64,000 nucleotides of DNA from NCBI GenBank assembly GCA_965207445.1, contig CBDBLX010000002.1, positions 1,623,849-1,687,848 of the forward strand, written 5' to 3'. The DNA is from Nitrosopumilus sp. (lineage in GTDB: Archaea > Thermoproteota > Nitrososphaeria > Nitrososphaerales > Nitrosopumilaceae). Both the position numbers and the translations under genes were made by a program. The notes under the pieces were generated by a model. It had not been told where the DNA came from and did no database searches. It saw only the letters and a list, made by a program, of their open reading frames with translations. Shown here one piece after another: positions 1-10,699 of the stretch; positions within the stretch are counted from its first letter, which is position 1, and each line of letters begins with the position of its first letter.

Positions 1-276
1 GAGGCAAAATATTTAGAATATGAAAAGTACAGAGGAATAAATCTGACTGCAGGTGGTGCGCGTATTGCAGAAGGTATAAGACAGAAACACGACACGTTAA
101 TAGAGTTCTTTGAGATGATAAACATAAAGTATGATACTGCAAGTCAAGATGCAGAAGGTATAGAACATCATCTCAACCCAGAAACAATCAAACAGTTACG
201 AAAGTTTGTCACGTATCTAAAAGCAAACCCAAGTATAATAGAAGAATTTGACAAGACATCTCCAAAAACAAAATAA
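1..276 (+). CDS. DtxR/MntR-family metal-dependent transcriptional regulator (3' part, runs off window)
   Basis: Frame 1 reads EAKYLEYEKYRGINLT...RQKHDTLIEFF...DAEGIEHHLNPETI...TK*; YRGIxLT and AEGIEHH are DtxR/MntR motifs. Confidence 0.85.
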   Translation, partial: EAKYLEYEKYRGINLTAGGARIAEGIRQKHDTLIEFFEMINIKYDTASQDAEGIEHHLNPETIKQLRKFVTYLKANPSIIEEFDKTSPKTK

Positions 277-343
277 CAATCAATGTTATCAAATCAAATC
301 AAGATGAATCAAAACAGAACAGAATCATAACAAAGAAAAAAAT

Positions 344-491
344 ATGTGAATCAAACTCCATGACTAATATAATCATTTAAAAATAACTCCTAGTCAAATG
401 CACTGCAAGCACAATACACAATACACAGCTAGAAATGTGAGCAAATACAAGCATATAATTTTATTATTACATCCAAAGAGATTGGTTTATA
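344..491 (+). mobile_element. MITE family A (~148 bp), degenerate copy
   Basis: Aligns by eye with 2759-2906; decayed TIRs TGTGAATCAAACTC...GAGATTGGTTTATA. Confidence 0.7.
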
Positions 492-520
492 AATAAATAA
501 ATAAATAATAAATAAAAAAG

Positions 521-2512
521 CTAGTCATGCAGTAACTTTACAATTACATCACGTTCAGGTGATGGCATATCAAGGATTTCACGACCACCTGATGTGCGAG
601 TTGATATTTTCACCAAGCCTTTTTTGTTTATCCATGCAGTTTCAATCTGTTTGTTACCAGAATCCAAAATCTCTACATTATGTGATGCATATTTTTTCCC
701 CACATCTAAAACTACTAAATTGCGATTATGTGTAATTGTAAACGGCAGAGTAGTGTCATCTGCATGGTGTCGATGGTCATCATATTTGCTAGTATCATTA
801 TGATTATAATTACTATCATCAGTATTGTCTAGCAACAACATATTATCATCTACACTAGTAGAACTATCAAAGGAAGAATTAGACTCTTGTAACTGTTCAC
901 GTGTCTTTATATCAAGATGTACACCGAGCTGGTCTTGTAGTTGGTTGATACGCGTGCCATTTTTACCAATTAAGCGTGCGCGATACTTTTTTGAGATTAT
1001 AACAGTGGCTCTGTTATCAGACACAATATTAACATCCACACGACGATCGTATCGACTAATCACATCACGTATCTTTTCTGCTGCAAGGCGATACACCCCA
1101 CTTGTTTTGTTATCAGTAGGCATTGTATCAGATACGGGCATTATCACATTTTCCTCACCAAATGTGTACACCTCATATACAGGAATATTTTTTTGAAGGT
1201 CGCGTACTACAATAACAGGCCTTGCAAGATCAGACTCTGTCATTCCAAATGGTACCTTTACTGCCAAGTTTAAATCATATACAGCATCAATCTTACCACC
1301 TTTGACAAACATGACAGTATCAAGTATACTAGGAATCATGCCAAGTTCTATCTTGCCTATGAATCTCTGTATTGCATCAATTGGTGTACTAGCATGTACA
1401 ACACCCACCATACCAACGCCCGTCAGTCTCAAATCAGCGAATATCTCAAAATCCTCTTTTCGTCGTACCTCATCAAATATGGTGTAATCAGGGCGTACAA
1501 GCAACAAGAGATCAGCAGAGTTCTCAAAACTATCATCAAGCTTTCCATATTGGGTGATAGCAGATTCCACTTGCAAGTCTCTAGGAGACTCAAACGTCTT
1601 TACAACTTTGCCATTTTGATGATAAAAGTTTCCAAGTGATGATGCAAGTGTGCTTTTACCAGAGCCGGGCGGTCCAGATACTATCACACCCTCTGCACGA
1701 TCTTGCAGTCGCATCATCAACGAGTCAGGCAGATCGTATTCTGATAGGGTCATCTTTATTATTGGATGCACTATTGTTATCTCAAGTGACTCTGAGAATG
1801 GTGGACGGGTAATTGCTATTCGATAATCGTTGTGTTGAAGGACCATAGCGCCTTCCTTTGAGATCTCAACTGTGCTCTGCTCTGTTGCATCAACTGCATT
1901 GACAATCTGAGTTGTGATCGATTCTAAATATTGTCGCTCAAGTACATCAGGGGATATTTCAACTAGTTCTACATGTCCCGGTCGTCCACGCTTTGCAAGA
2001 GGGCGATGTTGTTCTTTAAGATGAACAGACATTGTATCAGCATCAAAGAATTTTAAAAAATCTAATTTAGTGTCATCTTGATTTGCAGTATTGTGGTGAG
2101 GGTGTTCATCATAAAGCAAAACTGCAAAGACTCCCCTAGATTCAGCAGTTATACGTTGTATTTTATCAGACGTGTATAGTGTAGCGTCGTGTTGTTGTGC
2201 AATATCAATCACAAGTGCATCAATTCTACCAGATTCTATAAATGACATGTCAGAAACAGACACATGTTGCCCGTCATTTGATAACTGTATCCCAAACTGC
2301 TCACATGTTTTGCGAAGATGCATCATCTCCTCAAGACCCAACATCTTTCTGCCTCTTCCAGATACTGCTTGTGCCTGCATCTCATCAAATACGACTAGAG
2401 GTATAATCAATTCAGATACACTAGATGCACGAATTGTGCCAGATTCAATCTGATATGCAAGTTGTCTATTTATTATTACACTTGTGTCAGCTACTATCTT
2501 TTTTTGGGTCAA
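521..2512 (-). CDS. PINc/VapC-family ATPase with KH domain (PINA-like)
   Basis: N-terminal PIN (IVADTSVII), Walker A GPPGSGKST, DEVR, C-terminal KH (LIGKNG). Confidence 0.92.
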   Translation of the reverse strand: MTQKKIVADTSVIINRQLAYQIESGTIRASSVSELIIPLVVFDEMQAQAVSGRGRKMLGLEEMMHLRKTCEQFGIQLSNDGQHVSVSDMSFIESGRIDALVIDIAQQHDATLYTSDKIQRITAESRGVFAVLLYDEHPHHNTANQDDTKLDFLKFFDADTMSVHLKEQHRPLAKRGRPGHVELVEISPDVLERQYLESITTQIVNAVDATEQSTVEISKEGAMVLQHNDYRIAITRPPFSESLEITIVHPIIKMTLSEYDLPDSLMMRLQDRAEGVIVSGPPGSGKSTLASSLGNFYHQNGKVVKTFESPRDLQVESAITQYGKLDDSFENSADLLLLVRPDYTIFDEVRRKEDFEIFADLRLTGVGMVGVVHASTPIDAIQRFIGKIELGMIPSILDTVMFVKGGKIDAVYDLNLAVKVPFGMTESDLARPVIVVRDLQKNIPVYEVYTFGEENVIMPVSDTMPTDNKTSGVYRLAAEKIRDVISRYDRRVDVNIVSDNRATVIISKKYRARLIGKNGTRINQLQDQLGVHLDIKTREQLQESNSSFDSSTSVDDNMLLLDNTDDSNYNHNDTSKYDDHRHHADDTTLPFTITHNRNLVVLDVGKKYASHNVEILDSGNKQIETAWINKKGLVKISTRTSGGREILDMPSPERDVIVKLLHD

Positions 2513-2562
2513 TTATTGAACCCCCAAATATTACAATAAAATGTTTTACATAGTTGTAATAT

Positions 2563-2643
2563 GTAACCATTCAACCCCCGTGCCTGCATTAGATGTTAGG
2601 TGGCGAGTCTGTGCCTAAATTTGGGAAGAGGTTGAACGGTTAC
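2563..2643 (+). mobile_element. MITE family B (81 bp, IS66-type GTAA termini)
   Basis: TIRs GTAACCATTCAAC...GTTGAACGGTTAC; similar copies at 40855, 43403, 46163. Confidence 0.85.
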
Positions 2644-2758
2644 TATTTAAATTTATGATCAGTAATTCTGATAATAAAAAGATCATAAAGTGTGTTAATT
2701 GTCAAAGAAAAAAAGAATTTCGTAAAGGACCTAGATTGTCAATTATATACAAAAAATG

Positions 2759-2906
2759 GTGTAAACCAAGCTCTATGATTGGCATAATCATTTAAAATAA
2801 CTTCCAACTAAATGCATCACATGCACGATACCTGATATGTAAACATAAATGTGACCAAATACAGGTATGAAATTTCATTATTGCGTTCAAAGAGCTTGGT
2901 TTACAC
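2759..2906 (+). mobile_element. MITE family A (148 bp), followed by a half copy at 2907-3004
   Basis: Perfect TIRs GTGTAAACCAAGCTCT...AGAGCTTGGTTTACAC; near-identical inverted copy at 28854-29001. Confidence 0.9.
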
Positions 2907-4348
2907 GTCAAATGTACTGCATACACAATATTCAATATGCAGATAGAAATATAATCAAATATAATATGTAATTTTATTATTCATCTATAAAGCTTGATTC
3001 ACACTAAAAATTTATAGATGCATTCATTAGTATTCACAACCAATCTATAGACAAAATAGACAGCGCAGTATAAATAAAAAATTTGTCATAGACACATATG
3101 AGGAAAAGACAGCCAACTCACAATATGCAATTTTACAAAAACTGTGCGGCGTATTTTAAAGCACTCAACACAAATGGCAAAACTGATTTTGCCTTTGAAG
3201 ATGAGTATTACTTTACAATGCCTGCACTATCAAACAATGCATAAAATTTGTAAATGAAAGATCAAATGTATATGATTAATTTTTTTAAATTGTTAAACTG
3301 TACAATAAAATATTACTATTAGCAATACAATTTATTTGAGAACACGATTCAGTGTAACTATCCAATGCCCTCACGTTTACCTCAAACTGTAGGCACAAGT
3401 CAGATACAGTCAACGAACACTAGTTTACCATGATGACATCGTGAATTTTTTCCATCATACCTTTACCCTGCGCGTCCCATGTCATCATACAGGTCATGAG
3501 GGACTTGCCACATACAACGTGCAGAACCCATAAATTTTGGGATTCGAACGTTCCATATTTGTAGTATTTAATACATGGATAATATAAATATTGCACTTGG
3601 AACTAGTAGAGCCAGTCACGGTTAGGCAATATGTGTGTGCGATGACGCTAACATCTGCTTGTATCAGAGTTTACCACTTTTTATGATACATGATATTCTG
3701 TAGTGACACATAGTAAAAGCATTCAGATCCGCACAAAAACCATATAAAAGATATCAATAATATGCTTGCGTAAAAAAAGGTCGGCATGTGCTAAATCTTA
3801 TTGTTGTATTCAGTTACATATCCTTGTCAAGACAGGTCTAGTCATTTATTTGTTAAAGTAAAGATATCATCATGATATAGTTCTAATCGAGTCATTGAAT
3901 CCTGTGTCAATGTTTTAGTATGTGCAATTGTATTTCATATGGCTTTTAATTCGTTTAATTTGAATTCAATTTTAGATTGATCACTAAAAATTAGTGTAAA
4001 AGGTAAATTTTTCATAATTTATCTTTTATACTCAAAAAGAGTTTTACGAGTTTGATTCATCACTGAACAATTAACAGTAAAAAGATTGATACAAAATATC
4101 AAACAACTGAATTGGTGCTATTTGTAATTCCCCAGCAACTATGTTGCAGTAACCTACCCTTGCAAAATAAACACATGTTAACAAAATAAGATATCATGCA
4201 AGTATGTACGACATACACTATTATGACCACCTATATACCTCACGTAAAGCGGTCTCTCTTGAATAGCCGAATTCTTTCATAAGTCGCTTTGCGGCTGCTT
4301 CAACACCTTCTGAGTGTTTTTTTTCAGATAGCATACATATCATTGTAT

Positions 4349-5251
4349 TTAGCAATAATTAATCTTTATCTTTTGTTTTTGTATCGATTCCAATGTATTT
4401 ATTGCCGTATCTAACATTTTATGAAATTTGGAATTGAATTCTTTTGGTACATCTATGCTTATTATTATTGGTCTTGATCCATTTCGAAGGTGTATCTCAC
4501 GTTGATTTATGTGTACTCCTGAATGACATCCACCAAACATCTCATATGGATTGAACACGCGTATTCATCTACACGTGACGCGAATGTCTCGTCTTACCTC
4601 GTATGTGACCGGAGCATAATCTGATCGTTTCATTTGTGATACATCCATTTTTACTACCAATCCACTCTCCTTCTTTTCAGCTATAATTAATGTGGCAATA
4701 TTGGCATCAGTTGTGCATGACACAAAGTCATTAATAGCTGCATATTTGGTTCTATGATGAAACCCAACTGCCCCATTCATTCTTGCTATGGTACACAGTT
4801 CTGATATTTTCATGCCACGGTACAAGATTTTTGTATACAAAAAATATTCCCATATACTTTGATTGATATAGTCTATTCTATTTTTCAACACATATAATAA
4901 TTTATTTCCTTCTTTGACTCTTGCAAGAGCTTTCTCATATTTGTCAAGTTCTGAAAGCTTGATCATGGCATCATCTGTACCAAGTGTTATGTTAGATGAT
5001 GAATAATCTATCTTGAGATTTGTAGCTACTTTTGGCACATTAAATTTTTGAAATTCAGCATCGAGTACGCGAGATCTTTTACTTTTATTCACGCGATCAA
5101 AAGTGTCATAAAAATTACGGTGTGTTTGTTTAACTAATACGTCTAGATCTGTTTGTTGTAATTTAGGAGTTTTGTGTTGCCGAGTATGATGTATGATGTC
5201 TGTTGGGGTCTTGTCAGATGTTTGCCATCTTGTACTTTTCTTTTGATTCAA
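4349..5251 (-). pseudogene. Putative ADP-ribosyltransferase-fold (R-S-E) protein interrupted by an in-frame TGA at 4565-4567
   Basis: ORFs 4565..5251 and 4349..4558 share a frame; motifs LYRG, FVSCTT and QRE in the order expected of ARTs. Confidence 0.5.
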
Positions 5252-5661
5252 AAGTAATACATTCCTTCAATGGCATCTCCAAGCTTACATATTTCTTTAT
5301 CCTCGCTTTTTAGTGCCTCATCATGCTCGTCTCTGTCCAAATAATTAAGTATATTTTTCTGCAGTATACCAGTAAGATCTTCGGGGTTTAGAGCGTCTAA
5401 TTCCCATGAATTGTTGCCGTATTTGTCATAATATTTGCTAGAGTGCGGGTCGGTCTTTTTTATGAAGTTTGGAGGAAGATCATACTCGTCAATCTGATCC
5501 ATGTTTAATGCTATACGCTCTACGCTTACAAAACAACCAAATTTCTTTAATCTGTCACGTATATCTAGAACCATATCCATGCCACTTGGGTCATGATCGC
5601 CCATGTACAGTATGTGACATTGTTTGTCTTGTTGTTGATGTTTGTGCATTCTTTGAGCCAC
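5248..5661 (-). pseudogene. TOPRIM-domain protein (TopoVI-A/DUF2399-like, mobile-element type), N-terminally truncated
   Basis: ILYMGDHDPSG...ERIALN..QI..YDLPPN...WELDAL; upstream VEK motif region absent. Confidence 0.7.
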
Positions 5662-5957
5662 ATCATGCAGGTGGTTCTTGACACGGATTCCAGATCACAT
5701 ATGCCAAGCACGTCTCAAATGGATGCCAGGCTCAGTGTAGTGAAGAACATGAATATGATTGCAGACATGAGGTTCGGCCCTAACATAGAGTACTCGTGTG
5801 AGTCCTCGAGTGAGAAGGGTGTCTGTCTGGTGTCCGTTTGCAAACTTGCCCTGCCTCGGATTCCCCCATTCAACCCCAAGAGTGTACGAACTGATTAGAG
5901 TCCATGTCCCATGAACGGTAAGGACGGTTCGCTCCATCACCCTAGCTACGCAGAGGG

Positions 5958-6067
5958 GTGGGGGGTGGGGGGAGGAGTTATCATGTATGCAACCAATTCC
6001 TCAAATGAACCCATAAGACAGGCGGCAAAAGTTGGGGATGGGGGGAGGAGTTATCATGTATGCAACC
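5958..6067. repeat. ~37-bp direct repeat pair around a 36-bp insert (period 73), followed by a MITE B core (6063-6121)
   Basis: TGGGGGGAGGAGTTATCATGTATGCAACC ends at 5994 and at 6067. Confidence 0.8.
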
Positions 6068-6175
6068 CCTTCTCAAATTTAGGTACAAATTAACCGCCTA
6101 ACATCTGGCGCAGGACGTGGGAATGGGTTGTGAGGATAAAGGGAGAAAACTGTTACTAACATATTTGTGGTATTT

Positions 6176-6799
6176 TCAAATATTTGCGCACAACTTGAAA
6201 TTCCAAAGCTTGTCAGTTGCATCCCGAATACCAACTCGAGGTGACTTTATGATATTCTTGTTACGTTTACCACGTATGTTTTCATAGTCAACATTATTTG
6301 TAATGTATAGATTTCCCTTTAGAGTTAAATCCACACCATATTGCTTTGATGATATGCCCAAAGCTTGTGTGAGTTTTGCAGGTCCATTAGTAAGTATCTT
6401 TGTATTCACTGTGCCCCTATTTTTCATTATTGTCTGTATACCTTTTTGCGGTATGATTCCTCTTATCAATACAGCACCTGCACCCATTACGCTAGGATCT
6501 CTTGCAGTCACATTAAAACAATAATGCATCCCATACGTAAAATAGACATACGACATGCCTACTTTCTCAAACATTATATAATTTCTTTGTGTCTTGTTTT
6601 TGTATGCATGGCTTGCAGGATCATTTGTATGCCCATAAGCTTCGGTTTCTGATATTATTCCAGTTATTATCTTGTGATTATTGATTTTTCTGACAAGTAT
6701 TGTACCTAGTAACTCTTGGGCTACTGTGACAGTATCCCTCGAGTAAAACTCTCTTTTCAACGGTAAGTTAGTATCATACATGATGTTCGGGCTCATCAT
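6176..6799 (-). CDS. mpg: 3-methyladenine DNA glycosylase (AAG/MPG family)
   Basis: ETEAY, DPASHAY, YVYFTYGMHYCFN, AVLIRG, GPAKL. Confidence 0.95.
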   Translation of the reverse strand: MMSPNIMYDTNLPLKREFYSRDTVTVAQELLGTILVRKINNHKIITGIISETEAYGHTNDPASHAYKNKTQRNYIMFEKVGMSYVYFTYGMHYCFNVTARDPSVMGAGAVLIRGIIPQKGIQTIMKNRGTVNTKILTNGPAKLTQALGISSKQYGVDLTLKGNLYITNNVDYENIRGKRNKNIIKSPRVGIRDATDKLWNFKLCANI

Positions 6800-7457
6800 A
6801 TCTGATATCGATCTTTACACCATTATCATTACCATTATCATTACCACCATCATTATTATTACCATTATCATTATCACCATCACTGGCATTTTTGTTTACA
6901 AGTTTACGTGTTATTGATACAAGTTCTTTTATATCACCATATAAGGTGTCAACTAATTTTTGATTGTATATAGTAGCTGCCGGATGTATCGTGATGTAAT
7001 ATAACCTGCCACCCATCTCTGCGACTTTGCCCCGGTGTTTTGTGATTTCTGTTCCACCAAGTATGGAACCGAATGCAGTATTTCCCAGTATGCATATTAT
7101 CTTGGGATTGATAATTCGAATCTCCTCACGTAGATACTCTAGGCACATTTGACGTTCTTGAGTACTCGGTACACGGTTATCAGGGGGTCGACACTTTACA
7201 ACATTTGTAATGTATACAGAGCTACGATCAAGCCCTGCATTGTGTAATGCAGCAGTTAACTTTGTACCTGCCGCACCTACAAAGGGCTCGCCCCGTGCAT
7301 CCTCACTGCGACCCGGCGCCTCGCCTATAAACATGATATTGGCATTTTTGGCACCCTTGCCAGGAACTGCGTTTGTTCTCGTCTGATGCAGGTTGCATTT
7401 TTGGCAAGATATGACATTGTTTTTGATCTCATCAAGATGTGACATATCATTTGTCAT
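6774..7457 (-). CDS. udg: Uracil-DNA glycosylase family 4 (Fe-S)
   Basis: CQKC, GEAPG, GEPFVG, NVVKCRPP, HPAA. Confidence 0.95.
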   Translation of the reverse strand: MTNDMSHLDEIKNNVISCQKCNLHQTRTNAVPGKGAKNANIMFIGEAPGRSEDARGEPFVGAAGTKLTAALHNAGLDRSSVYITNVVKCRPPDNRVPSTQERQMCLEYLREEIRIINPKIICILGNTAFGSILGGTEITKHRGKVAEMGGRLYYITIHPAATIYNQKLVDTLYGDIKELVSITRKLVNKNASDGDNDNGNNNDGGNDNGNDNGVKIDIRYDEPEHHV

Positions 7458-7691
7458 ATTATCGTGTTATATATGCAATATACAGTGCTTGTAGTTGAGT
7501 CAAGATATCAATTTTAGAGTAAAAGATGACTTTTCATAATTTATTGTTAGAGGTTAAATAATTATTAACACAAGTACGAAATTTCAATTACAATAATTTT
7601 ACTAGTACAGATAAATTATGTTGTTTATTACAAGTACATATGTTAAAAATCAAATGAATATTGAATAATTATCCAAGCATGTATACAAGTA

Positions 7692-7885
7692 ATAACCGTT
7701 CAACTCTCCCCCCCCCCCCCCCCCCACCCCAACCCCATACATACACATCCTAGCTAGACACAAGCAGTAGCCAGCGATGAATTAATGTCTGATAATGCAC
7801 ATCATTGTCGTTGCAAGATACGTATGGTTTAATTGACGTGTCACTTTTCGGCCCAATTTATGGAGATGAATAGTTGAACGGTTAC
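7692..7885. mobile_element. 194-bp element with family B (IS66-type) TIRs and a poly-C tract
   Basis: TAACCGTTCAAC at 7693 and GTTGAACGGTTAC ending 7885. Confidence 0.75.
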
Positions 7886-7942
7886 ACGCACACAAGTATT
7901 GCAAAAGTGTTATATCGGGGCAAATATTAATAGAACACATAA

Positions 7943-8776
7943 TTATTTTTTATCATTATTCTTATCAACATTATTGTTCTTATCACCATCATGATCGTCG
8001 TTATTGTTATTATTGTTGTTGTTGTTTTTAGCGTTGTTATTTTTAGAATTGTTTTGATTCTCATCATCAGCAATGTTATCAACATCAGAAGGTTTGTCCT
8101 CTTTGCCATCAATATCTTTTACAGTGTCAAAATCGACATTATCAGTAATAGAAACATCAGAATCAAGCGTCCATGGTGCAAACCTTCCAAGAATTCGTCT
8201 CCAATCAAGTCTCAACATTAACACAACAACAGCAGTCATAGAGGCACCAAATATTGCAATTCCAACATAAATTGGCGTCGGACTATCAATATCCTCAATA
8301 TATGGCTCTATAAGAGACAACCCCAAATAATGAGATACAAAGACAATTACATAACTCAAAACTAGTTTGCCAGCAAGTGTTGCTATCAAAAAGCGCTTTG
8401 GGTTGTATTTGGCAAGTCCCAATGGTATGTATACCAAATCATCAGGAATCGGCGTTGCGGCTGCAAAAAATGCAGCAGCGGCACCATATTTTTTGACCAA
8501 TCGCTCAAACGGCCTCATACGGTCTCGAGTATCCTGTTTAATTATACGTCGTCCTTCATAGCTTATAAAGAAAATGATCTGTTTTGCAACAGTAGCAGCA
8601 ATTGCAGAGGATAGTGCCAATATGTGTAAATCAAACTTGTCGCCTACTGACATTGTAGCAAGCAGTAAAAATCCAGGCAACGGTACAAATGGAACAAGTG
8701 AGCCGATAAAATTAACCAATATGAGACTCAAATATCCAACTTCAGGCGCAAATGGGAAAATGTCAACAAAATCCAC
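7943..8776 (-). CDS. VTT/DedA (SNARE-associated, YqaA-like) membrane protein with Asn/Asp-rich tail
   Basis: Hydrophobic helices, FFAAATPIPDDL motif. Confidence 0.85.
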   Translation of the reverse strand: MDFVDIFPFAPEVGYLSLILVNFIGSLVPFVPLPGFLLLATMSVGDKFDLHILALSSAIAATVAKQIIFFISYEGRRIIKQDTRDRMRPFERLVKKYGAAAAFFAAATPIPDDLVYIPLGLAKYNPKRFLIATLAGKLVLSYVIVFVSHYLGLSLIEPYIEDIDSPTPIYVGIAIFGASMTAVVVLMLRLDWRRILGRFAPWTLDSDVSITDNVDFDTVKDIDGKEDKPSDVDNIADDENQNNSKNNNAKNNNNNNNNNDDHDGDKNNNVDKNNDKK

Positions 8777-8903
8777 AAATTTGGTTTAATCGTGTGATAT
8801 TTATCAATTAAATTTGTGTTAATTTGTGACAATGTTTAATCTTACCATCTAGTCAAATACAGAACTGTAATAGCATAAATACGGCAATATCCTAACAAAG
8901 GCA

Positions 8904-9278
8904 ATGGCAAAGAGTGAGTTTGAGCAAATATGCACACAGATAAGATCTATTAGTCCATATATACGATTTGTTGGAGTAATAGATGAGCATGGAAAACTAC
9001 TTGCTTATAAAAGAAGAGAAGGTTTAGAACCACTATTAGATAAAAAAGATACCAAATACCAGTTTTCACATATTGCAATAAAGACAGACTTGGAAAGTTT
9101 CTTTGATCAGAATTTAGGTGAGATAGAATTTGTATGGGAAGAGAGAGAAAAAGTCCAGATTATATCATTTGCAATAAAAAAAGACCGTATATGGGTATCA
9201 ATAAATAAAAATGTCGTACGATCAGAGATGCTCAGGATAATCGATGCATGCTTGCCAATTGCAAAAAAATTCACCTAG
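8904..9278 (+). CDS. Roadblock/LC7-like thaumarchaeal protein (DUF6659-like)
   Basis: IRFVGVID..GKL....REGLEPLL pattern. Confidence 0.7.
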   Translation: MAKSEFEQICTQIRSISPYIRFVGVIDEHGKLLAYKRREGLEPLLDKKDTKYQFSHIAIKTDLESFFDQNLGEIEFVWEEREKVQIISFAIKKDRIWVSINKNVVRSEMLRIIDACLPIAKKFT

Positions 9279-9522
9279 CAAAATTAACCTCATCAAACAC
9301 AAGAATAACACACACACCCATCTCAAACAAAATACTCAGTACATAGTTGAGAAACACAGTCTAGTTGACAAATATGTGTTTTAAATAATTTTAATAGACC
9401 TAAATAAATAATTATTAATATATATAACATAGATATCAATTTAAGATGTGTTAGTTCATAAATTAATAATCAGATATATTATAACATAATAAAACACAAC
9501 TCACTAAATATCACAAAGCATC

Positions 9523-10638
9523 TTAGACATCAGTGTCCTCCTCAAGCCAGCACATTACATATCCAGTTTTAGTTTTAAATCGTGGCGGCGGTACGTTGCA
9601 CTTTTCCATTGCATGCGGACACCTGTCAATAAACCTGCATTTGAGAGGAGTATCGTCTAAAACTGGAGGTACACCGCGCACATAACCTGGCATTGTATCA
9701 CCTCGCAAAGTAGGAATTGATTGTAATAGTCCTTGTGTATATGGATGTTTAGGGTTCGTGTATACTTCTTGTGAACTACCAAATTCCACTAGTTGACCAC
9801 CATACATTATTCCCACAACATCTGCTATCTCAGACAAGACTGCCAAATCATGAGTTATCAGGATAAATGACATATTTCGCTCTTCTTTGAGTATTTTTAT
9901 TAGTGAAATTATCTGTGCTTGTACCAACACGTCAAGTGCTGTGGTGGGCTCATCTGCAATAACAAGTTGAGGTCGCAGTAACAATCCCATTGCAATTATG
10001 ATACGCTGCTTCATTCCACCACTCAGTTCATGCGGATATTTGTCCAATACAGACACATCAAGGCTCACGTCACGTATAGCATTCTCAATCACATCGTCTT
10101 GATTACCGGTGTATCCGTGCTTCGACAGTATTTCTGAGAACTGCTGACGCATAGTAAATACAGGGTCAAGTGAGTTCATTGCACCTTGAAATATCATAGA
10201 AATTGTTTTCCATCTAAACTCAGAATTAAATTTTGAAGAAGACATATCAAGTATTGATTCACGGTTAATGGTAATCTTACCAGATACGTGTGCATTTGCA
10301 ATAGTAGTAGAAGAATCATCGCCATGTGTTCTAGAGCCACTACTAAACATTCTCATAATGGCAAGCCCCAATGTACTTTTGCCACACGCACTCTCACCTG
10401 CAATACCCATTGACATGCCGCGCTCGATCTCAAAACTTACATCATACACTGCATGTGTTTGATTTTTTCTACCAGTGTTGTTCTGATACGTGACATGTAA
10501 ACCAGATACATTCACAAATGGGTCGTTGTTGTGACTGTCACTGTAATAATTGTCACTATTGTTATGGTTATTACTATCATTATTATGATCATTATCATTA
10601 TCAAAAAAGCCAGTCAATACACTAGAAATAATTATCAA
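9523..10638 (-). CDS. Oligopeptide/dipeptide ABC transporter ATP-binding subunit
   Basis: GESACGKST, LSGGMKQR, IADEPTTALD, C-terminal HPYT and Cys cluster. Confidence 0.93.
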   Translation of the reverse strand: MIIISSVLTGFFDNDNDHNNDSNNHNNSDNYYSDSHNNDPFVNVSGLHVTYQNNTGRKNQTHAVYDVSFEIERGMSMGIAGESACGKSTLGLAIMRMFSSGSRTHGDDSSTTIANAHVSGKITINRESILDMSSSKFNSEFRWKTISMIFQGAMNSLDPVFTMRQQFSEILSKHGYTGNQDDVIENAIRDVSLDVSVLDKYPHELSGGMKQRIIIAMGLLLRPQLVIADEPTTALDVLVQAQIISLIKILKEERNMSFILITHDLAVLSEIADVVGIMYGGQLVEFGSSQEVYTNPKHPYTQGLLQSIPTLRGDTMPGYVRGVPPVLDDTPLKCRFIDRCPHAMEKCNVPPPRFKTKTGYVMCWLEEDTDV

Positions 10639-10699
10639 GGGATATAAACAACACTAAAGTGCGCTTGTCATTGAATAACATATGTGACACAAAGAGAGG

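Noticed and set aside
4550..4585. BHB-like fold ATT-CGCG-TCA-CGTGT(AGATGA)ATACG-CGTG-TTC-AAT enclosing the TGA in the ART-like gene
   Set aside because: Canonical cuts would remove 23 nt, shifting the frame into a stop within four codons; unlike carB it does not restore the ORF
5958..6067. Genuine CRISPR array at any of the period-73 repeats
   Set aside because: Only two repeats each, unrelated between loci, no cas genes; at 44573 the repeat is demonstrably transposase sequence
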